Shown: positions 21,108 through 30,298 of the stretch, piece after piece
How the letters are laid out: each line of letters opens with the position of its first letter
Position numbering within the stretch: the first letter of the stretch is position 1
Assembly (NCBI GenBank): GCA_016839555.1
Contig: JAEOUA010000003.1
Location: 128,001-192,000, forward strand
Direction: 5' to 3'
Length of the DNA: 64,000 nt
Source: Promethearchaeota archaeon
GTDB taxonomy: Archaea > Asgardarchaeota > Lokiarchaeia > Sigyniarchaeales > SOKP01
The notes under the pieces: model-generated
What the model saw: only the letters and a program-made list of their open reading frames with translations
Database searches by the model: none
Told to the model about the DNA's origin: nothing
Position numbers and translations under genes: made by a program

Positions 21108-21491
21108 ATGAGTAAAATGAGTTATGTAAAATTTAAGACACCTGATAATATGCAATCAGAAATAAAACAGGTATTAAATGGCATTGCTAAGACGCGCGGT
21201 TCGAAAATACGTAAAGGAATGAACGAAACGACAAAATCAATAGAAAGGGGACTAGCAAAATTAGTAGTTATGGCCGAAGATGTCAGTCCTCCAGAAATTT
21301 TATTTCATATGCCTATTTTATGTGAAGAAAAAGATATCCCCTATGGATATATAAAGAAACAAGAGGATTTAGGGAATGCGGTAAGAATCAATGTAGCAGC
21401 ATCATCAATTGCCATAGAAGACGCAGGATCCTCTGAGAATGAACAAGATCTTAATAATTTAATAAAAAAAATTGAAACCCTAAGCAAATAA
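21108..21491 (+). CDS. rpl7ae: Ribosomal protein L7Ae
   Basis: IRKGMNETTKSIERGLAKLVVMAEDVSPPEI..H.P.LCEEK.IPY. Confidence 0.96.
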   Translation: MSKMSYVKFKTPDNMQSEIKQVLNGIAKTRGSKIRKGMNETTKSIERGLAKLVVMAEDVSPPEILFHMPILCEEKDIPYGYIKKQEDLGNAVRINVAASSIAIEDAGSSENEQDLNNLIKKIETLSK

Positions 21492-21525
21492 TTGATAATA
21501 AATATAAAAAAAAGATTTTAGAACA

Positions 21526-21774
21526 ATGTCTTCGAAAAAAAAAAGTGAATCAACGGGATATGAAGAAAATGCTTCGATTCCCGCTCAAGTAATACAAGTT
21601 GTGGGGAGAACAGGGTTAACTGGAGAAATAAATCAGATTAAAGTACGTATTTTAGAAGGGAGAGATAAAAACAGAATCCTCACGCGTAATGTAAAAGGTC
21701 CTGTAAGAGAGGATGATATTATCTTATTAAGAGAAGCAGAGAGAGAGGCTCGTAAGATTCGAAAGAGGAGATAA
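21526..21774 (+). CDS. rps28e: Ribosomal protein S28e
   Basis: GRTG..GE..Q.KVRIL...[18 protein letters not shown]. Confidence 0.96.
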   Translation: MSSKKKSESTGYEENASIPAQVIQVVGRTGLTGEINQIKVRILEGRDKNRILTRNVKGPVREDDIILLREAEREARKIRKRR

Positions 21775-21853
21775 TCATTTATAGTTCCGATTGCGCTAAA
21801 AATATTTAAAATTATTATAGATAACTAAATAATTATAATAAAAAAAATAAAAG

Positions 21854-22066
21854 CTATTTTTCTTCATCAAAAAAATTTAAAAGCTTTAAATTGATACTAT
21901 ATTCCTTTTCTAAATATTCTTTTAAAGCCAGCCTTACTGCTTGTGATCTACTTGAAACTATACCTTTTTCTTTTAGTTTTTGAATATTTTTATCGTAGAT
22001 TTCTGGAATATTAATTGTTATATTTTGCATGGGAGGTTTTTCTTCATTATTATTATTTTCTCTCAT
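21854..22066 (-). CDS. Ribbon-helix-helix (CopG-like) protein
   Basis: MQNITINIP....IQKL...G...SRSQAVRLALKEYL; ATG at 22066 follows AAGGAG. Confidence 0.85.
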   Translation of the reverse strand: MRENNNNEEKPPMQNITINIPEIYDKNIQKLKEKGIVSSRSQAVRLALKEYLEKEYSINLKLLNFFDEEK

Positions 22067-22395
22067 ATAAACGGTCTCCTTATATAATTTCATAAGAATG
22101 AGAAATATGAATAGTACCTAAATTGAATTAGATTAATTTTCGTATAGAATACCCTTTCTTATTCTCACTTTTTTTCAAAAATTATATAATAATTAAAGAT
22201 AAACTGATTTATAACTTTAATGTGTATTTATAAAGATCCCTATATCATAAGAATTTTTTGAACAATTATAAAATGGTTTTATATTTTAATTGAACAAAGT
22301 TTAACTAAATTTTAAGAAATCATACATTTAAATTGATCCAAAAAGACGAAAAATTAATTAAGTAAGGGTTTAAAGATATTAGGGCGCCGAATTAT

Positions 22396-23070
22396 TTACA
22401 ATCGGTCCGATTTTTTAATATATCTCCCACGTGTCTCTATGACTTCAATATTTTTAATGATCGCATCGCAATCTCTTTTTGATGTTTTTTCATAAATCAA
22501 CCTATATCCTTGGAGAAATGCATTAAAACATATTTTATATTTATTACCATGAGAAGACATTAGAACTCTTTTAAACAGATGTAAATCAACACTTTTATCT
22601 TCAATAGTTTCAGAATATTCATGTAATCCGAAATCAATTAAAAAAATTTCTTCTTGTTCTGTTATTATTACATTACTAGTAGTAATATCTCCATGAATTT
22701 CACCGTGTAAATGTAATCGAGCTATGAATTCCCCTATTTTTTCAAAATATTTAATTAATTTAGAATTATTAAAGGTAGGTACTAAATTTTTTAATTTTTC
22801 ACCGGGTATAAAATCCATTATGATAAGAGCCTTTTCTGAATCGATTTCATATACTTTCGGAACATTAATTCCGTATTCTTTAACTTTAATTAGCGCTTTT
22901 GCTTCATTTATTGTTCTAAAAACCCTAATTCTCTGGTCTAATTCATTTAATCTATAATTTTTTGGTATTCGATGTTTAAAAATAACTTCTTTATCAAACC
23001 ATTTTCCATAATAAAGATAAGCTTCTGCTCCTTTCTTTAATAGATGTTCTCTTATAATAGATGAGTTCAT
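22396..23070 (-). CDS. bud32: KEOPS kinase Bud32
   Basis: GAEA, K.RIPK.YR...LD, HGDITTSN, IDFGL, EDK.VDL and RGRY; adjacent to kae1. Confidence 0.95.
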   Translation of the reverse strand: MNSSIIREHLLKKGAEAYLYYGKWFDKEVIFKHRIPKNYRLNELDQRIRVFRTINEAKALIKVKEYGINVPKVYEIDSEKALIIMDFIPGEKLKNLVPTFNNSKLIKYFEKIGEFIARLHLHGEIHGDITTSNVIITEQEEIFLIDFGLHEYSETIEDKSVDLHLFKRVLMSSHGNKYKICFNAFLQGYRLIYEKTSKRDCDAIIKNIEVIETRGRYIKKSDRL

Positions 23071-23080
23071 TTTTCTTGTT

Positions 23081-24085
23081 TTAATTTCTCCAAGGGATTA
23101 AGATCTTATCCATCCTTTTTTTTGGTTTTATAATCGTTTCTTTAATATCATCTGAACCTTTTGATTTGTATTGTAAAATTCCCGTCCAAGCTATCATTAC
23201 TCCATTATCTCCAGCATATTTAGCAGGAACTACTTCGAATTGTGCATCATGTTCTTTAGAGATATAAGATATCATCTCTTGTAGTCTTTTATTTGCGGCT
23301 ACTCCACCAGTTAATAAAACTTCTTTCTTTTCTGTGTGAGCCAAAGCACGTTCGGTTACCTCAGTTAACATTGCAAAACTTGTTTCTTGTAATGAATATG
23401 CCAAATCATTTAGAGTATATTTTTGATGAAACTTCTTGGATTTTAATACTCGTTTCGCAGCAGTGTAAAGGCCTGAAAAGGAGAGATCCATTCCCTTTAC
23501 CACATAAGGTAGGGGGATATAATAAGATGCTCCTTGGGCTAGCTTCTCTATTTTTGGCCCTCCAGGGTGAGATATTTCCGCTTCTCGGGCAAAAGAATCC
23601 AACATATTTCCAATAGCTAGGTCAAGGGTTTCACCAAAAATCTGATAAGCTCCAGATTCAAAAGCACTAACAATAGTGTTTCCACCTGAAACATATAAGG
23701 TGAGAGGATCTTTTATATTACATAATAGTCTACCAATTTCTATATGAGCAATACAATGGTTTACTCCCACTAATGGAATTTGTAAAGTTTGACTCAATAA
23801 TCTTGCCACTAAAGCTCCAATCTTAAGCACGGGCCCAAGACCAGGACTCTGACTAAAAGCTATTAATGAAATATCTCTCAGAGATATATTGGCTTCTATT
23901 AAAGCTTCTTCGATTGTTTCTTTAAAATTATTAAGATGTTGTTCTTTCACCATTACCGGGTGTATTCCTCCTTTCTCAGGGACATAAATATCATTAATCA
24001 TACTCATAATTTTTCCTTTAAAGTCTACTATCCCAATTCCAAAAGTATGAGCAGTACTCTCTATTCCCAATGCAAATTCAGTAAT
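23081..24085 (-). CDS. kae1: tRNA threonylcarbamoyladenosine synthase Kae1
   Basis: LGIESTAH, VNHCIAHIE, LYVSGGNT, GGVAAN and DNG.MIAW; start proposed at ATT 24085 rather than TTG 24070. Confidence 0.95.
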   Translation of the reverse strand: MTEFALGIESTAHTFGIGIVDFKGKIMSMINDIYVPEKGGIHPVMVKEQHLNNFKETIEEALIEANISLRDISLIAFSQSPGLGPVLKIGALVARLLSQTLQIPLVGVNHCIAHIEIGRLLCNIKDPLTLYVSGGNTIVSAFESGAYQIFGETLDLAIGNMLDSFAREAEISHPGGPKIEKLAQGASYYIPLPYVVKGMDLSFSGLYTAAKRVLKSKKFHQKYTLNDLAYSLQETSFAMLTEVTERALAHTEKKEVLLTGGVAANKRLQEMISYISKEHDAQFEVVPAKYAGDNGVMIAWTGILQYKSKGSDDIKETIIKPKKRMDKILIPWRN

Positions 24086-24277
24086 TTTTCTCTCCTTACC
24101 TTGCTTTCATTATAAATTATAAAATTATGAGCAATATAAATATTAAAGTAGATTATTTATTAAATTAAATAGGAAGAATTACGGTAAGGTCATAAAAGAG
24201 AAGATAAAATAAGTTTAATTTAGAAGCTTCATAAGATTAATGGTCTTCCAAGAAAAATGAGGATAATTATTAATTAA

Positions 24278-24493
24278 TTAAGTTGATTTCTTTCTTTTTC
24301 TAGGAGATCTTTTGCGCGGTCTTGTAGTGCTTTTTCCCTTCTTTCTTTTAAAGATCGTATATTTACATCTTCCACAGGTGAATCTATCGTAGTGTTCCGC
24401 CATGAAGACCGAAGGACCGCACTTAGGACATGATCTATGAGTCCTTATCAGTTTATCTCCCTCAATTTTATAATAGTTTGAAACATCAGTCAT
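24278..24493 (-). CDS. rps27ae: Ribosomal protein S27ae
   Basis: YYKI...CPKCG..VFMAEH.DR.TCGRC.YT; basic C-terminal extension. Confidence 0.95.
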   Translation of the reverse strand: MTDVSNYYKIEGDKLIRTHRSCPKCGPSVFMAEHYDRFTCGRCKYTIFKRKKGKSTTRPRKRSPRKRKKST

Positions 24494-24523
24494 AGTTTTA
24501 TCATCAGTTTATTACTCATTAAT

Positions 24524-24877
24524 TTAATATTCAAATAAATGTTCATATTTTTGATTTTTTCGTTTAAGCTTGTAAATTTCAGAACGCTTTTCTAGTTCTG
24601 TATTGCGAACTTTAATATGGAAGGGTTCAAAATATTTTAAATCTTCAATATTTTTATATATATTAGCCTTTCCAATTGAATAAGAGCCTCCAAAATGCGA
24701 ATGGATTTTTCGAATAATTGTGAGCTTCTCATCAGCACCTTCCATTCCAGCGATTTTTTTTTTAATTTCTAATCGATTTGGAGTAGGTTCCGCAAAATGA
24801 TCTATTCTAAATTCAAGCTCGGTTCTTTGGATTAAAGGATTTTCCTGCTTTTTTATTATCTCTATCTCAAACGCCAT
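24524..24877 (-). CDS. rps24e: Ribosomal protein S24e
   Basis: NPLI.R.E..F...H...TP.R and FG...S.G.A.IY; conserved position before rps27ae. Confidence 0.93.
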   Translation of the reverse strand: MAFEIEIIKKQENPLIQRTELEFRIDHFAEPTPNRLEIKKKIAGMEGADEKLTIIRKIHSHFGGSYSIGKANIYKNIEDLKYFEPFHIKVRNTELEKRSEIYKLKRKNQKYEHLFEY

Positions 24878-25036
24878 TATTTGAACCTCTAGTTTTTAAT
24901 AGGCTTTATTTCGATGAAGTTATCGATTAATATTAATTATAATAAATAAAATACTTATTATCAAATAAAAATTATGGACTTTTAATTTTAAAAGAAATAA
25001 ATAGAGAAAATAGAGAACCTAAATTCTAAGAAAATA

Positions 25037-25627
25037 TTATTCTTTTGAATCCATCAATTTAATAAATCGATTAACAATTCTTTGTATTCTTTTGTTAACC
25101 TCAACCATTACAATCCCTTCGGGTATACTATTTTTTGAACTTGTTATAGGGGGTTGCCCATAAAATACATAATTAATTCTATTTTTATTAATAGATAAGC
25201 TTACTATTAAAGGAAGAACTAATAAATCTTCTTCTCCTTGAGTAACTTTTAATAATGTTCTTTTATCCGAATTAATGCTATCTTTAATAATTTCCCAGCT
25301 TTTTTCTGAAATCATTCCTTTAGGATTAATAAATTCTTTTTCTTCTTCAAAAAAACTCTCATGAGAGATTTCAATTTTATCTCTCTGAGTTTTTTCATCA
25401 ATTATGCATATTTTAATATATTTACGGAGAAAAGAATTTGATAAAAAATCTTGCGTAACTATATCTCCAACTATATAAAAATGAAATTTTTTTCCTTGCT
25501 TTTTCAAATTTTTAAATTTATTTTCTACTTTTATTATTGTTTCTTCTCTCGTACCAGCTATTAAAGTATCTAACGGTTGAGCAAATAGATGACGTTTTTC
25601 ATTAGGAACACTTAAACGCTCTTTCAT
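25037..25627 (-). CDS. DUF359 / GTP-dependent dephospho-CoA kinase
   Basis: VGDIVT, D.KT.R, NP.G.I, GEEDLL.LP and YGQP; lies between spt4 and rps24e. Confidence 0.88.
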   Translation of the reverse strand: MKERLSVPNEKRHLFAQPLDTLIAGTREETIIKVENKFKNLKKQGKKFHFYIVGDIVTQDFLSNSFLRKYIKICIIDEKTQRDKIEISHESFFEEEKEFINPKGMISEKSWEIIKDSINSDKRTLLKVTQGEEDLLVLPLIVSLSINKNRINYVFYGQPPITSSKNSIPEGIVMVEVNKRIQRIVNRFIKLMDSKE

Positions 25628-25701
25628 ATTAATTTTTAAAAATTAATTGAATAATAAAGTCAATAAATTTTATAATAATTTATTTAGGAGAGAAGGCGTC
25701 T

Positions 25702-25890
25702 TTATCTCACTCTTAAAGCATATTTGCCTGGGATATGAATTTTTAAATATTCAGCTATCTTTGATTCTTCAGGCTTTATAATAATTACCTCTCCAGTAAA
25801 ATCGTCACTTAATGTATGAGTTTTACATTTTGGACAAACTTGTTCATTCTTAGTAATTAGGTGACAGTTTTTACATGCTTTTTCAGTCAT
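25702..25890 (-). CDS. spt4: Transcription elongation factor Spt4 (RpoE'')
   Basis: KACKNC......CPKC...LS.D..G.VII..PE.S.IA....PGKYALRV. Confidence 0.95.
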   Translation of the reverse strand: MTEKACKNCHLITKNEQVCPKCKTHTLSDDFTGEVIIIKPEESKIAEYLKIHIPGKYALRVR

Positions 25891-26148
25891 AAATTTTTCC
25901 TCCTAAAGTATTCAATATTTTTTCTATTGATTTTCTTATTAAAAGAGAATAAATCATATGAAAAAAATTTAACTAAGATAATTGAAATTCTTTTTTATAT
26001 AGACAAGTCACTGAAATGTGTTGTTGTACTTGCTTTAATATAGGAAGATTTATTATTTCTGATGGATTGATACAAATTTTGAATTACTATAAAATTATCC
26101 ATTCATTCTGCTGAATAAGAACTAACCTTAAAATAATAGATAGAAAAT

Positions 26149-28680
26149 TTATCCTATATTTTCCAATACTTCTGTTAATACGATTGGAATGTCCACAATG
26201 TTCATAATATGAATAATTTCTCCTTGAGTTACATCTAAAATCAACTTAGCATAGTTTTTTATATAAGATCTTGAATTTACTCCTAATAAAAATTGAACTT
26301 GTTGATTCAAATATTCTTCTAATTCTTTTTTAATTACAGTTTCTCGCTCAGAAAAAGCACAATCTGTTAATAAAAAACATATTTTTCGCTCTGTTTGAGT
26401 CTTTTCTAATTCGCGTGCTCCCCAAGCTAAGGCTGCTTGCGCTTGAGTACCTCCTCTTGCCCTTAAATCTAGAAGTTCATCAGCAACATCTTCTAAACTC
26501 CTTGAATCACCAAATTTTTTTACTACATGGGTATTTGATTCAAAGAAACAGATCGCTACCTCATCAGCCCGCAAGCTACCAATCAAAACCATAACAGCAA
26601 TTGAACAAGCAGCAAGTTTCATTCCACTCATAGAACCTGAAATATCCAACAAGAAGCAGATTGAGACTCTTCCTTTTTCAGTTTGTCTGACTAATAAATC
26701 TTCGGCGGTAATCATTTCTACGGACTTTCCCTGCATTATTATATTTTCAATAGATGCATCTATATTGATTAAGTCAAAATCATCTCCTAATATGAATGGT
26801 CTTAATTGATTAGTTGGAATCAATCCCTTCTCACCGCTCCCTCTTTGATTAGAAATCATATTTAAAGCGATTTTAATAAGGGCATCTTTAACGAGATTCT
26901 TTACAAAATCTTTTAGATGTCGAGGAATTTGGTGTCGATGATAAAACCATTGAATTATTAGATTTTCACCTGGTCCAGCGCTAAGAGATTCTGCGACTCT
27001 TCTCTGAGCGTTTTGTCCATAACCAGCAGCTGACTTAAATGCATTACCAATATGGTGATGACTAAGGGCTCCTAATCCTTGAAAATTATCTAAATCTAAG
27101 GCGATCTTCATAAGTTCATTCATTTGTATTTGAGTTAATTTAATCTTTTTCATTATATTTGTATAGCGCTCAAAATTTCCAATATTTTGTTCATACATAG
27201 TTTTTAACAATTTATAATTACCTCCAAATATTTCAATTATTATTTCTTCTGTTATCCCAATCTTTTTCCCAATTTCAATGACTTTTTCTTGCTGTAGTGG
27301 AACTAGATTAGATATTAACGATTTAAGTACATTTTCAAATTGGTCTATGTCATCTGCTACTTCTAATGCTTTTATTCCAGCTTTTACGGCATTTTCAACG
27401 AGAGCATTATAACAAGATTCAAATTTTGCTTGATTAGATAAACTTATTAGTTTATTAGCTAAATCCGCAAGATCATAACTAGCTCTTCCGTTATTATTAA
27501 TATATTCAGTTATTTTTATATCAATAATGTTATTTAACATTGTTTTCCATTCATTTTTATCTGCTTGCGCTTGAAAAAGTTCTGGTAAAGAAGGAGATGG
27601 ATTTTTTTTTGCCCAAATGTCAAAAAATTCATTATTCAATTGGGATTTAAATCTTTTATCTAATGCTCTTGTTTGATTAAAGCCCATACCGGGATCTTTT
27701 CTAATAGTATTTGACATCACTTTTTTATGGTCAAATGATGGAATATAATCTAAAACATCCGATATTTCATAAATATCCATCATATCTTCAATCTTATTAA
27801 CTAATTCGTTAGCAAGTGTATCTAATTTTGATTTTTCCATTCCTAATTTTTTAAGATAGTTCAAAGAGCGTGCTGAAGCTCCAACATCTTCATTTTTAAT
27901 AATATTTTCAAGAGAATGTTGGAATTCAGGAGAATTCATCAAAAATTGAGCAGTAATATTGATCCAAGGTATGTTAGATTGATCTAAAATATCCTTTCCC
28001 CAATTAAGATTTGTAGCAGACTTAATATCTAATGGAGAGAGGTCGTTCATTTCTCTAAGTATAGTTTTATGACAATCATCTTTTAAGCTATTCACATCTT
28101 TTATTCCTTGCTCCAGAATATATCTATAATTATATCTCTGTTCAATAATATCTCTTAGACTTTTATAAGGCTCTTCATTTTGATCCGCTTTCTCATAAAG
28201 TTCATTAACAAAATCCATCAAACTGGATAAATCTTCTAGTGTTTTATCCATTAATTCTTCTGTATCTACATTTTCAATATCAAGTTCTGAATCAAAAATT
28301 TCTAAAAATTCATCCATAAAATCAGTTTTTTGATCAACTGATTTTATTGTTCCGGTTGTTTGCTGTTTTTTTTTATTTGATTTTTTTTCCTGCCCGAAAA
28401 TAATTTTAAAAGCGATTTCTCGAGCGATAGATTGATCCTCGACTGGTGTTGTAATGACGGCAGCTTTGATAAAATCATCGGGAATTAGTTCAAATTTTCG
28501 ATAATACATCGCCGTGATTAATTTAGGAATGGCAATAGCCTGCCGAGTGCTTGGAGTATTTTGTAATCTTCCTTTATTTCTTCTCATTTGATAAATAAAC
28601 TCAATAGCAAATGATATTGGTTTCCATTCTATAATTTTATTATTTACATAGTCACCAATATTTCCATAATCAATATCCAT
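26149..28680 (-). CDS. vWA-domain protein, likely MoxR partner
   Basis: C-terminal MIDAS motifs DISGSM, GGT and LTD; adjacent to the MoxR ATPase. Confidence 0.9.
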   Translation of the reverse strand: MDIDYGNIGDYVNNKIIEWKPISFAIEFIYQMRRNKGRLQNTPSTRQAIAIPKLITAMYYRKFELIPDDFIKAAVITTPVEDQSIAREIAFKIIFGQEKKSNKKKQQTTGTIKSVDQKTDFMDEFLEIFDSELDIENVDTEELMDKTLEDLSSLMDFVNELYEKADQNEEPYKSLRDIIEQRYNYRYILEQGIKDVNSLKDDCHKTILREMNDLSPLDIKSATNLNWGKDILDQSNIPWINITAQFLMNSPEFQHSLENIIKNEDVGASARSLNYLKKLGMEKSKLDTLANELVNKIEDMMDIYEISDVLDYIPSFDHKKVMSNTIRKDPGMGFNQTRALDKRFKSQLNNEFFDIWAKKNPSPSLPELFQAQADKNEWKTMLNNIIDIKITEYINNNGRASYDLADLANKLISLSNQAKFESCYNALVENAVKAGIKALEVADDIDQFENVLKSLISNLVPLQQEKVIEIGKKIGITEEIIIEIFGGNYKLLKTMYEQNIGNFERYTNIMKKIKLTQIQMNELMKIALDLDNFQGLGALSHHHIGNAFKSAAGYGQNAQRRVAESLSAGPGENLIIQWFYHRHQIPRHLKDFVKNLVKDALIKIALNMISNQRGSGEKGLIPTNQLRPFILGDDFDLINIDASIENIIMQGKSVEMITAEDLLVRQTEKGRVSICFLLDISGSMSGMKLAACSIAVMVLIGSLRADEVAICFFESNTHVVKKFGDSRSLEDVADELLDLRARGGTQAQAALAWGARELEKTQTERKICFLLTDCAFSERETVIKKELEEYLNQQVQFLLGVNSRSYIKNYAKLILDVTQGEIIHIMNIVDIPIVLTEVLENIG

Positions 28681-28758
28681 CTTTTATCAGTATGCTTTTC
28701 ATACTTTTTTTATAATATAATCCATAAATTAATTTGCTTAGAATTTATAGAAGAGGAA

Positions 28759-29667
28759 TTAAGCTACTCCAACAACTTTTGTTAATATCTTTCTCATAAA
28801 TTGGTCTACATTTCTTCCTGGGCGTAATTGAATGGAATCTGGTAGAATTAATTTTGCAGATTCTGCGATTAATTTATTATCAACCTTCACTTTAAGGCGT
28901 TGGGCTCTTTGTGAAACAAATCTAGCAATTCCAATGCTTGTTCGTAAGCTAGGTGGCTTTTCGACTTCTGAATCCTCCCTACACTGAATCATTAACTCTA
29001 TTATTTTTTCTTGAGTAAGCGCTGATAAATTATATTCAGGACAATTAGAAATCATAATTTTTTGTTCCAGCGATTTTGGAGGATATTCTAGATGTATCCA
29101 AACTTTTATTCTATCTTTAATAGCTGAAGGTAATTTCCGGGTTCCTTTTAATTCCGCAGGATTCATGGCAGCAATCACATAAAACTTATCTTTTGCTTTC
29201 AACCATGTCTTTAATTGAGGAATATATAGGCGACGTTCTTCCATAGCATCTAGCATACTATTTAATACATATTCATCTCCTCTATTTAATTCATTAGCAA
29301 GAAATACTCCTCCTTTAAGGGCTGCTAGTGAAAATGGGCCTGGTGTATAGGAATCAGGTGAAAATCCATATTTAAACACAAGAGAGGGATCGAAAGAACC
29401 AATTAATGTTGCTGGACGTACCAAATCGGAGAAAGTTATCCAATAAAATTCCTGATTTAGATCGTATGCAAATTTTCTACATAGAGCGGTTTTTCCACAA
29501 CCTACGGGTCCAACTAATCCCACAAATAATCCTGCATTATATGCATCCATCATTGCTTCGTATGCATATTTATACTGTCCCTCCAATACTAGATTAATTT
29601 CTTCTCGTATATCTACTATTTTGCTCTCTTCCATTAATTCTGAGAATTCTTTAATTTGTTTAGACAT
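28759..29667 (-). CDS. MoxR-family AAA+ ATPase
   Basis: GPVGCGKT, Walker B position LANELNR (Asn where Asp is usual), NSMLDAMEER, AAMNP, LP.A..DR and PSLR. Confidence 0.9.
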   Translation of the reverse strand: MSKQIKEFSELMEESKIVDIREEINLVLEGQYKYAYEAMMDAYNAGLFVGLVGPVGCGKTALCRKFAYDLNQEFYWITFSDLVRPATLIGSFDPSLVFKYGFSPDSYTPGPFSLAALKGGVFLANELNRGDEYVLNSMLDAMEERRLYIPQLKTWLKAKDKFYVIAAMNPAELKGTRKLPSAIKDRIKVWIHLEYPPKSLEQKIMISNCPEYNLSALTQEKIIELMIQCREDSEVEKPPSLRTSIGIARFVSQRAQRLKVKVDNKLIAESAKLILPDSIQLRPGRNVDQFMRKILTKVVGVA

Positions 29668-29746
29668 TTTTTTTTTTCTTAATTTTTTGGTTTTTTATTT
29701 CTCTATCTTTTTATATCTTTAATTTTAAAATTTTTTTGAATTTATT

Positions 29747-30271
29747 TTACTTTTTAAAAAAGCTCTCGGTTTCTGTTGGCTGAACAACTATTGGTAATTC
29801 ATAATTGAGTTTTTTAATAGCGCTAATTATTTTCTCGTATTCTTCTTGATTTAATACACTTTTGCGGGAAAAATCTAATTTTTCCATAATAAATTCTCCA
29901 AAGTAAGTGCGTTTAAGTTCTTGAATATAATATTTTTTCCCTTTTTTTTCTACTTGACAATTTTTAAGTTCTTCAATTCTTTTTAATAAGATTATTTTAA
30001 CAAGGGGTATCCAAATTTTATTTTTCTTTAATTCTTCAAAAATAAAATCCCTATGATTTAATTCCTCCTTTTTTACCATAGAAATAACCTCTTTTAAAAA
30101 GCTAATAAAGAATTGTCTTTCATAATTCTCTAAGGAATTAGTGCTATTAATTTTATTTTTAAGCTTTTGAAATATCTTTTCTATTTGTTGATTATTTGGG
30201 TCACTATAAAAGGTTTGAAATTCGGTTTTGAATTTAGTTAAAAAATTGATATATTTTTCTTCTTGCGACAT
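29747..30271 (-). CDS. Hypothetical helical protein in the Mre11/Rad50 locus
   Basis: 174-aa ATG ORF starting 27 nt after the Rad50-B stop. Confidence 0.75.
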   Translation of the reverse strand: MSQEEKYINFLTKFKTEFQTFYSDPNNQQIEKIFQKLKNKINSTNSLENYERQFFISFLKEVISMVKKEELNHRDFIFEELKKNKIWIPLVKIILLKRIEELKNCQVEKKGKKYYIQELKRTYFGEFIMEKLDFSRKSVLNQEEYEKIISAIKKLNYELPIVVQPTETESFFKK

Positions 30272-30298
30272 TTCATTAAATCTCTTAATTTTTTTTTT

